DNA from: a bacterium
GTDB taxonomy: Bacteria; SAR324; NAC60-12
Direction: 5' to 3'
Assembly: GCA_965233585.1 (NCBI GenBank)
Contig: CBDDTI010000747.1
Location: forward strand, 832,001 to 896,000
Length of the DNA: 64,000 nt
The notes beneath the pieces were generated by a model, which was not told the origin of the DNA, ran no database searches, and saw only the letters and a list, made by a program, of their open reading frames with translations. Each line of letters opens with the position of its first letter. The stretch's first letter is position 1. Positions 1-9,968 of the stretch are shown here, one piece after another. The translations under genes were made by a program, and so were the position numbers.

Positions 1-848
1 CTTTCAGCATCGGATTTTCCTGTGTTGAAGCCATTGGGAGGTTCCCCAGCTTTGCAATTCTTAAATTATTGTTTTCAAAGAATTATTTTTTCAAAACTCT
101 TGCATTAGCTTTGTTGCAGTTTCTCTTTCAATGGGTTGGCACATTGATTCTGGTTTTAGCAATGTTCCAAACACCTGCCCCGTTTGACTGGATTTTAGGC
201 ACTGCATTTGGTGCTTTTTTTATTTTTTGCATGATTGCTATTTCGTTAGCACAATCTGTTTGGATTTGGGAGGGAGAATTTGGAGGGAACGCATTGGCAA
301 GAAGTTTTCGGCTTGTGAAACCTAGCTTTGGAAGAGCCTTTGAAGTACAAACTTCATTGTTTTTGCTTAAATTAGGGGTGTCTTACATCCTGTTAATCAC
401 TTTTGTCATGCCAGACGTCAATGCCATTGACATAAAAAGTGAGGAATTTATTGAACTGTTCGCTACTTCTGTTCCATTGACATTGTGGTTTTCACATCTT
501 CTGATTACTCCTGTCAATAGCATTGCAACTACATTGCTTTATTTTCATCTACGCCATTCCAACCAGCAAGAACCTGCACCAAATTTAAACACTCGTTTGC
601 AGGACATCATGCTAGAATTGCAACAACAAAACACTACTCAACTTGCAGAAGCACCAAGCGTCAGTAACGAACAGCCAGAAGATTTGAATCAAACAAAAGA
701 AGAAGCAGATAACCCCGAACAAAAAATTTCAACCCAAATTGCAGAAGCACCAAGCGTCAGTAACGAACAGCCAGAGGATTTAGGTCAAACGCAAGAAAAC
801 ACAAACAACACTGAACAAGAACTTTCACAAGATAAGGCGAATAAGTAG
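1..848 (+). CDS. Membrane protein, 5'-truncated, with an acidic/Gln-rich duplicated C-terminal tail
   Basis: Frame is open from the window edge; several hydrophobic helices, ALARSFRLV motif, tail contains AEAPSVSNEQPEDL twice. Confidence 0.6.
   Translation, partial: FSIGFSCVEAIGRFPSFAILKLLFSKNYFFKTLALALLQFLFQWVGTLILVLAMFQTPAPFDWILGTAFGAFFIFCMIAISLAQSVWIWEGEFGGNALARSFRLVKPSFGRAFEVQTSLFLLKLGVSYILLITFVMPDVNAIDIKSEEFIELFATSVPLTLWFSHLLITPVNSIATTLLYFHLRHSNQQEPAPNLNTRLQDIMLELQQQNTTQLAEAPSVSNEQPEDLNQTKEEADNPEQKISTQIAEAPSVSNEQPEDLGQTQENTNNTEQELSQDKANK
643..775 (+). repeat. 37-bp perfect direct repeat (643-679, 739-775) inside the CDS
   Basis: TTGCAGAAGCACCAAGCGTCAGTAACGAACAGCCAGA twice, 96-bp in-frame period. 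Confidence 0.9.
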
Positions 849-886
849 TCTCTGCAATCTATCAAAAATTTTCAAAAGTTTAATGT

Positions 887-1198
887 TCAAGAGGCAGAAG
901 CAGAAGTGGTATTTTGAGTTGTGGAGGATTTTGGGGAACTGTCAGCTTTGGTTGACGATTTAGTTTTTTTGTCATCAGTCTTTTTTTCGTCAGGCTTAGC
1001 AGGTTTAGATTGAGATTGACTGCCGTATCCATCTTGATACCAGCCTCCACCCTTGAGATGAAAGGCACTTTTTGAAAGCATGCGTTCAAGTGTCGCTTGA
1101 CCACATTGGGGGCATTCTGTAAGTGGAGCATCGTTGAATTTCTGCATTTCCTCAAGTTGATGTTGACATTCTTGACAAAGATACTCATAAATTGGCAT
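887..1198 (-). CDS. FmdB-family zinc-ribbon regulatory protein
   Basis: MPIYEYLCQEC...CPQCG...FHLKGGGWY signature. Confidence 0.9.
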   Translation of the reverse strand: MPIYEYLCQECQHQLEEMQKFNDAPLTECPQCGQATLERMLSKSAFHLKGGGWYQDGYGSQSQSKPAKPDEKKTDDKKTKSSTKADSSPKSSTTQNTTSASAS

Positions 1199-1278
1199 GT
1201 TCTTGACTCCAAAAATAATTAAAATAAAGATTGTAAAAAACGACTACACAGGCTATAAAAAAATCACACACTTGTCAA

Positions 1279-1995
1279 ATGCTCATTGCACGTCATCTTA
1301 CCAAATCATACAAAGGGCGTCAGGTTGTCAAAAATGTTTCTGTTGAAATTGGGCGGGGAGATATTGTAGGGTTATTGGGTCCCAACGGGGCGGGTAAGAC
1401 AACATCGTTTTACATGATTGTGGGAATCATCACCCCCGACAGTGGAAATGTTGAGTTGATGGGAAAAACCATTACTCGTTTAGCCATGCACCGTAGAATG
1501 AAATTGGGGCTTGGTTATCTTCCGCAAGAGGTGTCTGTTTTCAGACGGCTTAATGTTGAAGAAAATTTGCTGGCTGTGATGGAGCAAATCCAGTTGAAAC
1601 GTAAGCAACGTTATGAAAGAATGGAGGCGTTGTTAGAAGAGTTGCAAATCTCGCATATCCGAAAGCTCAAAGGCTATGCACTTTCAGGTGGGGAAAGCCG
1701 CAGGGTTGAAATTGCCAGAGCATTGGCACTCAATCCCCAATTTATTTTGTTTGATGAGCCTTTTGCTGGGGTTGACCCTATTGCTGTCTTGGATATTCAA
1801 AGAATCATTTGCGGACTTTCTGAGAAAGGTATAGGAGTCTTGATTACAGACCACAATGTGAGAGAAACATTTGGCATCATTCATCGTGGCTATATTATGA
1901 ATGCAGGTGGAGTCTTAGCTAGTGGGAAACCTGAAGAACTGATGAACGACCAAGAAGCACGTCAAGTGTACCTTGGTGAGTCCTTTTCAATCTAA
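1279..1995 (+). CDS. lptB: LPS export ABC transporter ATP-binding protein
   Basis: GPNGAGKTT, YLPQE, LSGGESRRVEIARAL, ITDHNVRET; directly upstream of rpoN. Confidence 0.95.
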   Translation: MLIARHLTKSYKGRQVVKNVSVEIGRGDIVGLLGPNGAGKTTSFYMIVGIITPDSGNVELMGKTITRLAMHRRMKLGLGYLPQEVSVFRRLNVEENLLAVMEQIQLKRKQRYERMEALLEELQISHIRKLKGYALSGGESRRVEIARALALNPQFILFDEPFAGVDPIAVLDIQRIICGLSEKGIGVLITDHNVRETFGIIHRGYIMNAGGVLASGKPEELMNDQEARQVYLGESFSI

Positions 1996-2014
1996 ACTAA
2001 AGGATTAAAAATTT

Positions 2015-3625
2015 ATGAAAAAAATGAGAATGGGTCAGAATCTGCAAATGAGGCTGTCGCAGCAGCTCATTATGACCCCTCAACTGCAACAAGCGATTAA
2101 ATTATTGCAACTCTCCAGAAAAGAGCTTGAAGATTTAATCAATCAGGCGTTGATTGAAAACCCCACTTTAGAGGAAAGACAACCCGATGAAGAGCCTGCC
2201 GAACGAACAAAGTCTCTTGATGGAGATGATCCAGAAGTTTTAACTAGTACAGAATCCATTGAAACGGCAAGGCAGTCTGAAAAAGAAGACCTTACCCCAG
2301 AAGAATGGGATTGGAAGAAATATGCAGAATTAGGAATGACCAAAGAAAGTCGTAGAGTAGACCACGATGACGAGACTCCTTTTGATGCCACATTAGCACA
2401 AACCCAAACTTTGACAGACCACCTGCTTTGGCAACTGGACATGTTGAAACTTGATGCCTTAGAGCATCAAGTTGGGACTTATCTGATTGGCAATATTGGA
2501 GATAGTGGATACTTGGCTATAAGCCTTCGTGACGTGCTTTTAGAAAATCCTGAATTGTCCCAAGACATTGAAGAATGGCTGACAGAAAACCCTGATGTTG
2601 AACTCCCTGACCTCAATGAGGACATGCTTGATGCTCAATATTACTCTGATTCCCAAGAAGATCCAAAAGACAAACAAATTCATTTCAAAAGTGCGCAATT
2701 CATTGAACGCATTTTAAGAATGATTATGGATTTTGACCCGCAAGGTGTTGGCTCACGATCATTGCAAGAATGTTTGTTGGTTCAGTTAGAGTTGCTCCAG
2801 ATGAAAGATCATTTGGGCTATCAAATTGTTTTGCGAAATATGGATTTGTTGCAAAACAAAGACTTAAAAAAAATCGCAAGACTTCAGAAAGCACCCCTTG
2901 AAAAAGTCATTGAAGCCTACAAACTCATCATGTCCCTAGAACCTAAACCAGGTCGCAGTTTTGGAGGAACACAAATAGACCAATATATCATTCCTGATGT
3001 CTATATCTACCGTACCAACAACGGTGAGTATAAAGTGGCTCTCAATGAAAGCGGAACGCCTCGTTTAAAAATCAATGACTATTACCAAAACTTAGCTTCA
3101 ACGATTGAAAATAATGAGCAAAACTCTCTGACTAAAGAATACATCCATGAAAAAATAAAGGCAGGAGAGTGGTTGATGAAAAGTATTGAGCAACGTCAAC
3201 GCACCATTTATAAAGTCACTCAAAGTTTACTGAAGTTTCAAAGAGATTTTTTTGAGAAGGGAATCCATTACCTCAAGCCATTGGTCTTAAAAGATGTTGC
3301 AGAAGACATCAATGTCCATGAATCCACAGTCAGTCGCATCACCACCAATAAATACATGCACACGCCGCAGGGTATTTTTGAGCTTAAATATTTTTTCACC
3401 AGTGGAGTAGAACAGGGAGAAGGCGAGACCATCTCTTCTAAACGAATTAAAGAAATTATTGAACAGCTGATTCAGAGAGAAGACCCCAAATCCCCTTATA
3501 CTGACTTACAAATTGCCAAAATTCTATTAGATCGGAGCAACATCAGAATTGCGAGACGAACCATTGCCAAATATCGTGAAGCCATGAATATTCTCCCTTC
3601 CAATAGACGAAAAAAATTGTTTTAA
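2015..3625 (+). CDS. rpoN: RNA polymerase sigma-54 factor
   Basis: QLQQAIKLLQLS region I, HESTVSR HTH, RpoN box ARRTIAKYRE. Confidence 0.97.
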   Translation: MKKMRMGQNLQMRLSQQLIMTPQLQQAIKLLQLSRKELEDLINQALIENPTLEERQPDEEPAERTKSLDGDDPEVLTSTESIETARQSEKEDLTPEEWDWKKYAELGMTKESRRVDHDDETPFDATLAQTQTLTDHLLWQLDMLKLDALEHQVGTYLIGNIGDSGYLAISLRDVLLENPELSQDIEEWLTENPDVELPDLNEDMLDAQYYSDSQEDPKDKQIHFKSAQFIERILRMIMDFDPQGVGSRSLQECLLVQLELLQMKDHLGYQIVLRNMDLLQNKDLKKIARLQKAPLEKVIEAYKLIMSLEPKPGRSFGGTQIDQYIIPDVYIYRTNNGEYKVALNESGTPRLKINDYYQNLASTIENNEQNSLTKEYIHEKIKAGEWLMKSIEQRQRTIYKVTQSLLKFQRDFFEKGIHYLKPLVLKDVAEDINVHESTVSRITTNKYMHTPQGIFELKYFFTSGVEQGEGETISSKRIKEIIEQLIQREDPKSPYTDLQIAKILLDRSNIRIARRTIAKYREAMNILPSNRRKKLF

Positions 3626-3661
3626 CCTTTCTTCTCACATTCATTCAAAAGAGGCGCATTT

Positions 3662-4357
3662 ATGGGACTTGTATCAAGATTTATCAACTTAATTCGTTCT
3701 AACTTCACCAGTTTTTTAGACAGTGCAGAAAATCCTGAAAAACTTCTAAATCAAGCAGTCGGAGATTTAGAAGAGAAAAAGAGAGAAGCTAAAGACAAGG
3801 TGGCTCACGCTTTAGCAGACCAGAAAAAATTAGAATCGGAGTTGCGTAAAAAACAATCAGAAGTGGACAAATGGGAGCAAAAAGCGATTTTGGCAGTGCA
3901 AGCCAACAAAGACGAACTTGCCAAAGAAGCACTTGTCAGAAAGAAAGAAAATGAACGTTATGTTTTGGAGTTTCAACAACAGTTAGAGATTCATCAAAAA
4001 AACACTGAAGCACTCCGCAACTCATACCAGCAACTGGAAGACAAAATCTCAGAAATCAAACGCAAGAAAGGCGTCATCATTGCCAAACAAAAAACTGCAG
4101 AAGCTCAAGAGTCCATGTACAAAGCAGTGCAAGGCACGAGTGATAGCGGTGGCATTATGAACACCATTGAAAGAATGGAGGAAAAAGTGGACGACATGCA
4201 AGCCCGTTCAGAAGCCTACCAAGAATTAAGTGACGGCGGGGCTGATAGTCTGGAAAAGAAATTTGCTGAACTAGAGTCTTCTTCACCCGATGTTGATGCA
4301 GAACTGCTTGCTCTGAAACAACGTTCGCAAATTGAAAATAAACCGCAGTCATCATAA
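3662..4357 (+). CDS. pspA: PspA/IM30 family protein
   Basis: N-terminal amphipathic helix, AENPEKLLNQ, LAKEAL, LEKKFAELE, coiled coil. Confidence 0.88.
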   Translation: MGLVSRFINLIRSNFTSFLDSAENPEKLLNQAVGDLEEKKREAKDKVAHALADQKKLESELRKKQSEVDKWEQKAILAVQANKDELAKEALVRKKENERYVLEFQQQLEIHQKNTEALRNSYQQLEDKISEIKRKKGVIIAKQKTAEAQESMYKAVQGTSDSGGIMNTIERMEEKVDDMQARSEAYQELSDGGADSLEKKFAELESSSPDVDAELLALKQRSQIENKPQSS

Positions 4358-4447
4358 TTGACTTGTCTTCACATTCTTTTTTCATTACAATAGCCAGCTT
4401 TTGTTTTGATTCTGAAAATCTCTTCTTAGAACTTCACATTCTCATTT

Positions 4448-4521
4448 GGCAAGGTAGCTCAGTTGGTGAGAGCGCAGGATTCATAACCCTGAGGTCGGGG
4501 GTTCAATTCCCCCCTTTGCTA
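4448..4521 (+). tRNA. tRNA with CAT anticodon, most likely elongator tRNA-Met; CCA not encoded
   Basis: GGCAAGG/CTTTGCT acceptor stem, TAGCTCAGTTGGTGAGAGC D-arm, CAGGA-TTCATAA-CCCTG anticodon arm, GGTTCAATTCC T-loop. Confidence 0.93.
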
Positions 4522-4559
4522 TTTAACCCCATCTGACAATCTAAAACCTGACTCACTCC

Positions 4560-5654
4560 ATGACTACTTTTCTTGACTACTTTTCTTTTTACTACGTCAT
4601 TTTGACCTTTTTCACATTGTTCTGCTTACTCCTCCTTCTGCGATTTGCTTTTCGTCGTCGTAAACATCAAACTCCTTTATTTGAATTGGAATCATTGAAT
4701 GATGTTTTTGAGAAAGAAACTGCTAAGTTTGAGTCATTGGTCAGGAGGCATTCCTATTTTCCTTCCAAAGCCATGAAACTACTACGAAAGCAGTACAAAA
4801 AAGAGAAAAAAGAACAAGAAAAGAAAGACAAAAAGGAAGAACAAGAGAAGATTCAAAAAATTGCAGAAGCCTTGACGACTTCTAACCTTGAAAAGATTGA
4901 ACATGAATACATGAAAAAATCTTATGTGATTGACTTTGAAGGTGATGTTTTAGCCAAACCAACAACATTGCTGAGGCAACAAATTTCTTTCATTTTAAGT
5001 GTAGCATCTGAACAAGATGAGGTGATTGTCAGGCTAGGAAGTCCGGGCGGAGGCGTCCCCCAATATGGACTTGCTGCCTCGCAACTTGAAAGGCTCAAAC
5101 GTGCTAACATTCGTCTTGTCGTTTGTGTGGACATTGTTGCCGCTAGTGGGGGTTATCTGATGGCGTCTGTGGCAGACTGGATTTGTGCCGCTCCTTTTGC
5201 CTATATCGGCTCAATCGGAGTGGTGGCAGGAGTGCCAAATGTCAGCCGTTTGATGAAAAAAAATGACATAGATTACTACCTTTTCACAGCGGGACAGTAC
5301 AAACGAACGGTGACTCCTTTTACTGAAGTCACCGAAGAAGGAAAAGAGAAGTTTCAGGAAAATTTGACAGAGATTTACGGGCAATTTTGTCGGCACATCG
5401 CCAAATTTCGTCCTGATGTTGAAATTGAGCAAGTCGCAACAGGAGAGTTTTGGCTGGCAGAACAAGCCAAAGACAAAGGGTTGGTTGACGAAATTACCTC
5501 AAGTGATGACTACCTGACCAAACAAGCAAAAGACAGACATATCATTTGGCTTAAACCTTCTGAAGAAAAATCTCCCATCAAAAAACTCTTAAAAAATGCC
5601 CAAATGCTTTTGCATCGCTATAATCCCCTCCAACCACATCATTTCATTTCCTGA
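4560..5654 (+). CDS. sohB: Protease SohB (peptidase S49)
   Basis: N-terminal TM helix, SPGGGV, YGLAASQL, AASGGY, GSIGV, TAGQYKRT. Confidence 0.92.
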   Translation: MTTFLDYFSFYYVILTFFTLFCLLLLLRFAFRRRKHQTPLFELESLNDVFEKETAKFESLVRRHSYFPSKAMKLLRKQYKKEKKEQEKKDKKEEQEKIQKIAEALTTSNLEKIEHEYMKKSYVIDFEGDVLAKPTTLLRQQISFILSVASEQDEVIVRLGSPGGGVPQYGLAASQLERLKRANIRLVVCVDIVAASGGYLMASVADWICAAPFAYIGSIGVVAGVPNVSRLMKKNDIDYYLFTAGQYKRTVTPFTEVTEEGKEKFQENLTEIYGQFCRHIAKFRPDVEIEQVATGEFWLAEQAKDKGLVDEITSSDDYLTKQAKDRHIIWLKPSEEKSPIKKLLKNAQMLLHRYNPLQPHHFIS

Positions 5655-5694
5655 TAAACTCCAGCAACCTGATTTTTTTCTTTTCCTAAAAAAA

Positions 5695-7485
5695 TTAGTG
5701 ATTGGATTTTGCATTCCCGGATTGAATCTTCCAAAGGTCTGCATAAGTGCCATTGAGTTTTAGTAGCTCATCATGTGTTCCATCTTCTGCGATTTGTCCC
5801 TGTGAAAGGACAATGATGCGGTCTGCATGGCGGATAGTAGAAAGACGATGAGCAATGACTAATGCTGTTTTACCAAGCGTAATTTTTTCTAAATTTTGTT
5901 GAATGGCACGTTCCGTTTCTGTGTCAACAGCACTAGTGGCTTCATCAAAAATCATCACAGGTGCATTTTTCAGAATGGCTCTAGCAATACTTAACCGTTG
6001 CCTCTGTCCCCCTGAAAGCAAAATCCCTCTTTCACCGACAATCGTCTCGTAACCATTAGGCAAGGTCATGACAAAGTCATGAAGTTGTGCTTGCTTGGAT
6101 GCCTCCTCAATTTTTTCAAAATGTGAGTCTGCTAGTCCGTAGGCAATGTTCTCGCGAATCGTCCCGTGAAACAAATATGTGTCTTGACTGACCAATGCAA
6201 TATGTTGTCTCAAATCCTGCAATGCCAAATCTCTTAAGTCTCTTCCATCAAACAAAATTTGTCCTTCATTTGGGTCATACAAGCGCAAAAGCATTTTAAT
6301 CAATGTAGATTTTCCTGACCCTGTTGTGCCTGCGACTCCCACCGTTTGTGCAGGGTGAAGTGTTAAGTCCAGTTGCCTAAGAATCATGTTGCTTTGTGCA
6401 TATTGAAAACTCACTTGTTGCAGTTTGATTTCACCTTGCACGGGGATTGGTAACATTTGGGGATTGGCAGGATTTTGAATTCTGCTTGGCGTCTGCAACA
6501 GACCAAAGGTGCGTGAAGCACTCGCTTTGGCTCTTTCATATTCATCAAGTGTCACGCCCATATCAGTGAGGGGCCACAAAATCCGTTGAATCATCATGGA
6601 AAAAAGCACTAACTCACCTACTGAAAGAATCCCACTGTCCGCTAAAACCCAATAGCTTCCAACCAACAACACACCTGCAAATCCAAGGGCAACTGCCATG
6701 CGAATTGTCGGCACATACAAGGCACTCAAAAGGATTGCATGGTAGTTTGATTGCTGATACTCATAAGATGCCTCATTTACTCTTGCCGACTCAAATCGTT
6801 CTGCAGTGAAACTTTTGATGACCAAAATCCCTGAAATGTTGTTTTCTAAACGACTGCTTAAACTGCCAACTGCCTCACGGATTCTGCGGTAACGTGGTGC
6901 AATGTAATCTTGGTAACGTAAACTTCCCCAAACAATGATTGGCAGTGGAATCAAACCAATCAAAGCAAGTTCCCAAGACACACCAATCAACACCACACCA
7001 GCAAAAATAAAAACTACGAACAGTTGCAAAATCTTGTTGTAACCAATGTTGAGAAAGTGTTCAATCTGGTTGACGTCGTCATTGAGCATCGCCATTGTTT
7101 CACCCATGCGATGATTTTCAAAAAATTCAATCTCACGTCGCTGAATGTGGTTGTAAGCGTCCATTCTCATTTGATGCTGTACTTTTTGAGCCAGAATCAT
7201 AAACCCGTATTTATAACCCCACTCAAAGAAGCCTTCAAAAGCAAAAATCACGACGGCTAAAAATGCTAAAAAAATCGCTAACGACCAAGGTTCTACTGTT
7301 CCCAAGACCCAAACAATCCATGCAGGAGGCTCTCGTCTCACCGAATCAATCACCCAACCGACCAAAAGCGGTGGCATCAAATCAAGGACTTTGTTCAAAA
7401 CGCTTGAACCACAAGAAAAACTAAAGAGATAACGATGAGGTTGCAGGTAAGCCATCAACTGACGCATGGCAGGGTGTAAGTTCAT
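5695..7485 (-). CDS. ABC exporter, fused permease/ATPase
   Basis: TM domain, GTTGSGKST, LSGGQRQR, DEATSAVD. Confidence 0.92.
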   Translation of the reverse strand: MNLHPAMRQLMAYLQPHRYLFSFSCGSSVLNKVLDLMPPLLVGWVIDSVRREPPAWIVWVLGTVEPWSLAIFLAFLAVVIFAFEGFFEWGYKYGFMILAQKVQHQMRMDAYNHIQRREIEFFENHRMGETMAMLNDDVNQIEHFLNIGYNKILQLFVVFIFAGVVLIGVSWELALIGLIPLPIIVWGSLRYQDYIAPRYRRIREAVGSLSSRLENNISGILVIKSFTAERFESARVNEASYEYQQSNYHAILLSALYVPTIRMAVALGFAGVLLVGSYWVLADSGILSVGELVLFSMMIQRILWPLTDMGVTLDEYERAKASASRTFGLLQTPSRIQNPANPQMLPIPVQGEIKLQQVSFQYAQSNMILRQLDLTLHPAQTVGVAGTTGSGKSTLIKMLLRLYDPNEGQILFDGRDLRDLALQDLRQHIALVSQDTYLFHGTIRENIAYGLADSHFEKIEEASKQAQLHDFVMTLPNGYETIVGERGILLSGGQRQRLSIARAILKNAPVMIFDEATSAVDTETERAIQQNLEKITLGKTALVIAHRLSTIRHADRIIVLSQGQIAEDGTHDELLKLNGTYADLWKIQSGNAKSNH

Positions 7486-7705
7486 TGTTTCAATCTATTA
7501 CTTCAATCTCGTCAAAAATGAAAAAATTCACTACTCTACAACCTTTTGTTTCAGCTTGTCAATCCCAAGCTCTGTCATGGTTTCTTCAGCAAAATTTGAT
7601 TCACCAAAAAAAGATTCAAAAAAAATGTCTCAACTTGCATGTTTGACTAAATCGCTGCATACTTCATTTTTTTAAGATTTCATCATCTACAAAAGGATTT
7701 AAATT

Positions 7706-8740
7706 ATGAAAGCTCTTGGAAAATTAACTGCAGGCAAAGGGATTACCATGTACGAAGCACCAATCCCCAAGATTGATGCTCACGAGGTATTGATTCAAGT
7801 GAGCCGAACAGCCATTTGCGGGACTGACATGCACATCTACCATTGGGACAGCTGGGCTGAACAGAATATCCCGATTCCTCTCACCACAGGGCATGAGTTT
7901 TCTGGAGTGATTGTTGAAAGAGGGTCGCTGGTCAAAGAATTTGACGTTGGTCAGCGGGTTTCTGCAGAAGGACACATCACTTGCGGACTTTGCCGTGCAT
8001 GCCGAACAGGCAAAGCTCATGTGTGTTCAAAAACCCAAGGAATTGGTGTGCAAAAAGCAGGAGCATTTGCAGAATATGTAGCAATTCCACAGTCCAACTT
8101 AATTGCACTGCCTGATGACATTTCTGACGATTTAGGCGCCATCTTAGACCCACTTGGTAATGCGACGCACACAGCACTTTCTTTTGATTTAAATGGTGAG
8201 GACGTTCTCATCACGGGAGCTGGTCCCATTGGTTGCATGGCAGTTGTGATTGCCAAGCATTGCGGGGCTAGGAATATTGTCATTACAGACGTCAATCAAC
8301 ATCGTTTGCAGATGGCTAAAGATTTGGGGGCAACTGATGCGCTGAATATTTGCGAGACCTCTATCTTGAGTGTGATGGAAAAACTGGGCATGACAGAAGG
8401 CTTTGATGTCTGCCTAGAAATGTCAGGCGCCCCACCTGCATTGGAGCAAATCATTCAATTTGCCATTCCTTCAGGAAAAGTGGCACTGCTTGGAATCCTG
8501 CCAAATGACGCCTTTCCCTTAGACTGGAATCAAGTCATTTTTAAAGGATTGACCATTCAAGGAATTTATGGCAGACGTATGTTTGACACGTGGTATAAGA
8601 TGATTTTCATGTTACAAGCAGGAATGAGCCAAAAAATTGCTTCGGTCATTACGCATCGTTTTGATGCTGATGATTATGAAAAGGCATTTGAAACGATGGA
8701 AGAGGGGAAGTGTGGCAAAATCATTATGAATTGGAAGTAG
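7706..8740 (+). CDS. tdh: L-threonine 3-dehydrogenase
   Basis: ICGTDMHIYHWD, GHEF, GEDVLITGAGPIG, GIYGRRMFDTWYKM. Confidence 0.95.
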   Translation: MKALGKLTAGKGITMYEAPIPKIDAHEVLIQVSRTAICGTDMHIYHWDSWAEQNIPIPLTTGHEFSGVIVERGSLVKEFDVGQRVSAEGHITCGLCRACRTGKAHVCSKTQGIGVQKAGAFAEYVAIPQSNLIALPDDISDDLGAILDPLGNATHTALSFDLNGEDVLITGAGPIGCMAVVIAKHCGARNIVITDVNQHRLQMAKDLGATDALNICETSILSVMEKLGMTEGFDVCLEMSGAPPALEQIIQFAIPSGKVALLGILPNDAFPLDWNQVIFKGLTIQGIYGRRMFDTWYKMIFMLQAGMSQKIASVITHRFDADDYEKAFETMEEGKCGKIIMNWK

Positions 8741-8743
8741 TCC

Positions 8744-9952
8744 ATGCAACATTTTGATTTCATCGTGATTGGTGGGGGGATTTTGGGGGCTTCCACAGCA
8801 TGGCAATTACATTGCCAATTTCCAGATTGTGCCATCTTACTTTTAGAAAAAGAGGCTACTCCTGCACAGCATCAAACGGGGCATAACAGCGGGGTCATTC
8901 ATGCAGGAATCTATTACAAGCCGGGTTCTTTGAAAGCAAAACTTTGTTTTGAAGGAGAAAAAGCGGCAAAAGCTTTTTGCCGTGAACACAACATCGCCTT
9001 TCAACAATGCGGAAAGTTGCTAGTTGCTACCAATCAAGAAGAGCTAGAACGTATGCAAAATTTGATAGAACGTTGCAAGCAAAATCGTCTAAAGTTTGAG
9101 GTTTTGTCAGAGCCTGCACTCAAGGAACGTGAACCGCATATTTCAGGCATCGGAGCAATTTTTTCTCCTGCCACCAGCATTGTAGATTGGAAAGAAGTTT
9201 GTACAACGATGTTACGTTTGTTTGAGGTCAAAGGAGGTCAAGCCATCATGCAATCTGAAGTTTTGAAAATCACAGAATCTGACGAAAAGGTGGTCGTTTC
9301 TACTAAGCATCGCACCATCTCAGCCAATTATCTGATTGCATGTGCAGGACTGTATTCTGATAGAATTGCAAGAATGTCAGGACTTGCTCCCAACTTCAAA
9401 ATCATTCCTTTCCGTGGAGAATACTATGTTTTACCTCCCACAAAAAATGACCTCATTCAACATTTGATTTATCCAATTCCTGACCCAAAGTTGCCATTTT
9501 TAGGAGTCCATTTGACCCGCATGATTGATGGCAGAATCACAGTGGGTCCAAGTGCCATCGCTGCTTTGGCACGTGAGGGGTATTCATGGAGACATCTCAA
9601 TTTGAAAGATTCTTTAGAGATGGCAAGCTACCCTGCTTTTTGGAAAGTGCTTGCCAAACACTGGAAGGCTTCGTTACATGAACTTCAAAGTAGTTTGTCT
9701 AAAAAAACCTACCTGAACCTTGTTTTAAAATACTGCCCTGAACTCACCCTGAATGACTTACAACCCTATCCCGCAGGAGTCCGCGCACAAGCTGTCTTTG
9801 CTGACGGCACTCTTGTTGATGATTTTCTCTTCCTCCAAAGCAAACGTATGATTCACGTCTGCAATGCCCCATCTCCTGCTGCAACAAGCAGTCTCCCGAT
9901 TGGTCAACATATTGTGAAGATGATGTTAGAAAAAATAGCCTCAAATGCTTAG
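8744..9952 (+). CDS. lhgO: L-2-hydroxyglutarate oxidase
   Basis: GGGILG, HQTGHNSGVIHAGIYY, PFLGVHLT, NAPSPAATSSL. Confidence 0.92.
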   Translation: MQHFDFIVIGGGILGASTAWQLHCQFPDCAILLLEKEATPAQHQTGHNSGVIHAGIYYKPGSLKAKLCFEGEKAAKAFCREHNIAFQQCGKLLVATNQEELERMQNLIERCKQNRLKFEVLSEPALKEREPHISGIGAIFSPATSIVDWKEVCTTMLRLFEVKGGQAIMQSEVLKITESDEKVVVSTKHRTISANYLIACAGLYSDRIARMSGLAPNFKIIPFRGEYYVLPPTKNDLIQHLIYPIPDPKLPFLGVHLTRMIDGRITVGPSAIAALAREGYSWRHLNLKDSLEMASYPAFWKVLAKHWKASLHELQSSLSKKTYLNLVLKYCPELTLNDLQPYPAGVRAQAVFADGTLVDDFLFLQSKRMIHVCNAPSPAATSSLPIGQHIVKMMLEKIASNA

Positions 9953-9968
9953 TGAATGTTAAAGCGGG

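Noticed and set aside
643..775. Two 37-bp identical repeats as a mini CRISPR array for the Cas12
   Set aside because: They lie in frame in a CDS tail with a 96-bp period, flanking codons are also similar, and there is no TCTAC/GTAGA stem
4448..4560. tRNA as an integration site for an island
   Set aside because: No integrase and no duplicated tRNA 3' end seen in the window; followed by housekeeping sohB
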